Source: Candidatus Jordarchaeia archaeon (GTDB taxonomy: Archaea > Asgardarchaeota > Jordiarchaeia > Jordiarchaeales > Jordiarchaeaceae). Taken from it: a DNA stretch of 18,958 bases. The notes beneath the pieces were generated by a model. The model was given only the letters and a program-made list of their open reading frames with translations. It ran no database searches and had not been told where the DNA came from. The first letter of the stretch is position 1. Every line of letters begins with the position of its first letter. The DNA is taken from NCBI GenBank assembly GCA_029856435.1, contig JAHQXB010000025.1:1-18958 (forward strand). Direction: 5' to 3'. Position numbers and translations under genes: made by a program. Positions 15,977 through 18,958 of the stretch are shown piece after piece.

Positions 15977-17245
15977 TTATACACCTTTTAGGAGAGGGAG
16001 TGTCACAGCTCCCCAAGGAAATATTACACAATCCGCATTTTGCTTTCCAGTCTTTTCTATAGCGGTTTCTAGGTCTTCAGCATATTCTAGTCCGATTTTT
16101 TCTATGACCTTCTTTTCTATTCCATCAGTAACTACTATTATTTTGTGTTTACTTTTAACTAGGGAGTATAAGTAGAGGACGCAGCTTTCTCCGGGAAGTT
16201 TTCCTTTGTCTAGCATTTTAAACAATTTTTTTGGTTTAGGATTCTCCAAGAGCATTTTTTCAAAAATTTCGCTGTGGGATAGCCCATCCCAGCAGGGTGC
16301 TACATGTATTATGACACCATTTTGTTTAGCGGCTAGGGAAGAAGCGAACATAGCCTTCATCGATTTGCCAAAGGTGGCGTCCTTTGGGTGAGAACTAGCT
16401 ATTACAACATCCACCCTTTTTTCAAGACTCACACCATAAATTTTCTTTGCTTGTTCAACTGCTTTCTGGTGAGCACTGACAACATTTCCAGCGAATACGT
16501 CATATATATTTTCGTTAACGTCCATAGTGACATTTACAATCATATCTAATCCGAGCAACCTAGCAGCATCTTCACTATCTTTGCGTATTAGGTTTCCCTC
16601 AATTTTACCAAATTCTGCTCTAAATAATTTAATCATAGAATGGTTTTGGTTAATTGTTTGTCTCCCCGCAACGCCGGGTATAATGATTCCAGCTCCCCCC
16701 GTGAAGCCCATCAACTCGTGAGGGGTAACGCTGCCAATACCAATTTTTAACTCTGCCTCAACAACTTTTTTATTAATGAGTATCTCAACACCCTGAGGAG
16801 TTTTTCCAATGTGGGTTAAGTTGTTGTCGGGATCATGATTAAGTACGTTAACTCTCTCTAAAACAGTTTTACCTAGTTTCTTTTCCATATCTCTTTCATT
16901 AAGATGTTCGTGTAATCCCACTCCAATAATAACGGTAACTTTTCTATCAGAAATACCCGCGCGGTTTAACTCGTCAAGCAAAGGGGGTATGATAAGATTT
17001 GATGGAGTTGGACGTGCATTATCATCTGATATTATCACGGCGTCTCTTTTTCGCTGTGCGATGCTGTATAATTTTTCGGCGTCCACTGGATTTCTCACCG
17101 CTCTCAAAACCGCCTCATAAGAATCAAGTCTTTTATTAGTTACTTTAGGCGATAGGACGCCTAGTAGGTTCCAATCAGAGGGTATCCTGAATTTAATCTG
17201 TTTTTCGCCGTACGGAATTTGAATATCCCTCAACTTATTCACCAT
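15977..17245 (-). CDS. LarA-family (nickel-pincer-dependent lactate racemase-like) protein
   Basis: IPYG N-terminus, DDNARPTPS, GVGLHEH, PHELMGFTGG, NQNH and KSMKA match LarA-family motifs. Confidence 0.88.
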   Translation of the reverse strand: MVNKLRDIQIPYGEKQIKFRIPSDWNLLGVLSPKVTNKRLDSYEAVLRAVRNPVDAEKLYSIAQRKRDAVIISDDNARPTPSNLIIPPLLDELNRAGISDRKVTVIIGVGLHEHLNERDMEKKLGKTVLERVNVLNHDPDNNLTHIGKTPQGVEILINKKVVEAELKIGIGSVTPHELMGFTGGAGIIIPGVAGRQTINQNHSMIKLFRAEFGKIEGNLIRKDSEDAARLLGLDMIVNVTMDVNENIYDVFAGNVVSAHQKAVEQAKKIYGVSLEKRVDVVIASSHPKDATFGKSMKAMFASSLAAKQNGVIIHVAPCWDGLSHSEIFEKMLLENPKPKKLFKMLDKGKLPGESCVLYLYSLVKSKHKIIVVTDGIEKKVIEKIGLEYAEDLETAIEKTGKQNADCVIFPWGAVTLPLLKGV

Positions 17246-17305
17246 TTTTTGGAATGTTTATGGACTACAAGTATAATGAGGTTTTCAGTTTGCCGTGGTA
17301 CAATT

Positions 17306-18784
17306 CTAGTAGGCTTTGGCCACGTATACTACTGACTTTGCTTTTCCACCGCAGATTATGCAGTTGCCTTTCGGTTTTTCTTCTTTTCCGTAGAGTTTGC
17401 CTCTTACTTCGTATCCTCCAGTCTCTACTTTAATTACTTCTGCACACTTTGCATTATCACAGAAATCAATCTTTATGAAACCCCCCCTATTTTTCGCTAT
17501 TTCTAGAAACTCCTCTCTACTTTTTGCTTCATGGATGTTTTCTTCCAAGTCCTTTTCTCTCCGCGTCCTCAGCTCCTTTAAAATGTCCTCCCGCAATTGT
17601 TCTATGACTTCCAAAATTTTTCCCTCTTTGACCTGTATGCGTTCGCGTTTGTCCCTTCTAAAAACTGTTATCATACCTTTTTCTATATCCTTGGGACCTA
17701 TCTCAAGTCTTATGGGCACGCCTAACAGCTCCCAATGGTAGAATTTTGCTCCCGGGCGATCCTCCGAATTGTCAAGTTTAACTCGGTAGCCTCGGTCTTT
17801 AAGTTTATGATAGATTTCTTCGCACTTCTCCGTTATAAGTTCGTTCTGCCCCTTTTTAGGTATGGGAACTATAACAATTTGGGTTGGAGCCACGTGAAAG
17901 GGTAATATTAGGCCATAATTGTCTCCATGCATGCTGATAATGGTCGCGGCTATTCTCGATATTCCTATGCCGAAACATGTCTGTTGACCATATTTTTTGG
18001 TTCCATCTACATCCTCGAAAGTAATCTCGAAGGCTCTAGAGAAGTTCTCTCCTAGGAGGTGTGTGGTAGCAATCTGTAACACATTCCTGTCTGGGAAAAG
18101 AACATCGAACGCATACGATTTTTCTGCTCCCGCGAACCTGTCCCATTCCGGCCTTTCCATAAGTAGAAATGGAATACCCAGCTGATCATGGAGAACGTCT
18201 ATCGTTATTTTCATATCTTCTTTTACTTGTTTTACCGCATCTTCTAATGTCCTGTGAACGTCGTGTGCTTCTATCCAGTAGAACTCTCTGCCTCGAATCA
18301 AAGGTTTGGTGGCCTTAGTTTCATATCGGTAAACAGTATTGCTTTGATATAGTTTTAGGGGTAGATCACGGTAGCTGCGAATCCAATAGGCGTAGAGAGG
18401 ATACATTGCAGTTTCAGAAGTGGGCCTCAATAATAGCGCTTTATCAAGTTCAGTGTCGCCCGCCCGCGTCACCCAGAAAACTTCTCCAGAAAATCCCTTA
18501 ATATGTTCTGCTTCCTTTTGAAAGAATTCTAGGGGGATTACGACGGGAAAATTGCAAATTTGATGCCCATGTTCGTCTAACGCGTCTTCAAATAAGCGAT
18601 AGGTTTGCCTCATTATTGTTGCAATATTTGGACGATATACTATGAATCCCTTTACACCATAGCGGAGGTCTACTAATTCAGCTTTATGGATGATTTCATT
18701 ATACCATTCACTAAAGTTCTGTTCCTTGTCTGGCAAAGGAGGCGCAGCATCTTCAAGCATTAGACCACCAACCACGTGAAACAC
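17306..18784 (-). CDS. proS: Prolyl-tRNA synthetase, archaeal/eukaryote type (true start probably ATG at 18760)
   Basis: FSEWY, RPTSET, RGREFYWIEAH, QIATTHLLGENF, GIGISR motifs, anticodon-binding domain, and C-terminal Zn-binding C..C...CIICG ending in AKAY. Confidence 0.97.
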   Translation of the reverse strand: MFHVVGGLMLEDAAPPLPDKEQNFSEWYNEIIHKAELVDLRYGVKGFIVYRPNIATIMRQTYRLFEDALDEHGHQICNFPVVIPLEFFQKEAEHIKGFSGEVFWVTRAGDTELDKALLLRPTSETAMYPLYAYWIRSYRDLPLKLYQSNTVYRYETKATKPLIRGREFYWIEAHDVHRTLEDAVKQVKEDMKITIDVLHDQLGIPFLLMERPEWDRFAGAEKSYAFDVLFPDRNVLQIATTHLLGENFSRAFEITFEDVDGTKKYGQQTCFGIGISRIAATIISMHGDNYGLILPFHVAPTQIVIVPIPKKGQNELITEKCEEIYHKLKDRGYRVKLDNSEDRPGAKFYHWELLGVPIRLEIGPKDIEKGMITVFRRDKRERIQVKEGKILEVIEQLREDILKELRTRREKDLEENIHEAKSREEFLEIAKNRGGFIKIDFCDNAKCAEVIKVETGGYEVRGKLYGKEEKPKGNCIICGGKAKSVVYVAKAY

Positions 18785-18958
18785 ACCATCAATTTGATAA
18801 TCGATGCATAAGTCTTCAGCACAAACTAGACTACTAACACAAATGATTCTTGAAACATAACGAACACTTAATTACCAAAGTTTAACATTGGCTTAGATTT
18901 AAAACATTGTGTTTTCATATAAACTTTTTTCAGCATTTAGGTTGTCTCATAAAACGTT

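Noticed and set aside
1-18958. tRNA, rRNA, CRISPR arrays and the remaining short antisense ORFs in the track
   Set aside because: No T-loop or cloverleaf motifs, rRNA signatures or repeat-spacer arrays were seen. The short ORFs overlap well-supported genes and lack motifs or an RBS.

Overview
Archaeal genomic window, inferred from a formylmethanofuran dehydrogenase gene set, DGGGP synthase, an archaeal/eukaryote-type ProRS and GGAGG/GGTGA ribosome-binding sites. An Asgard-type lineage is plausible but cannot be proven from this window. Housekeeping genes: divergent fwdG-fwdF (minus) and fwdG-fwdD-fwdB (plus), a DedA/VTT membrane protein, a small Zn-ribbon protein missed by the ORF track, DGGGP synthase, adenine deaminase, a wHTH-like protein, a Zn-ribbon-CPBP protease, a LarA-family protein and ProRS. 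The standout feature is the EndoQ-family (PHP) nuclease gene at 14487-15813 (minus). It appears as two ORFs but is interrupted by a 28-nt insertion (15011-15038) that folds into a canonical bulge-helix-bulge (BHB) motif. Cutting at the canonical BHB sites restores the frame and the conserved GKYH motif, so this is a candidate tRNA-type intron in an mRNA. Other unexplained features are a GC-rich, multi-helix non-coding island (about 10481-10873), three copies of a dispersed hairpin repeat, two coiled-coil/Pro-rich/C-terminal-helix proteins (one with an 11 x 18-bp tandem repeat), and a sharp strand-composition flip across that repeat.
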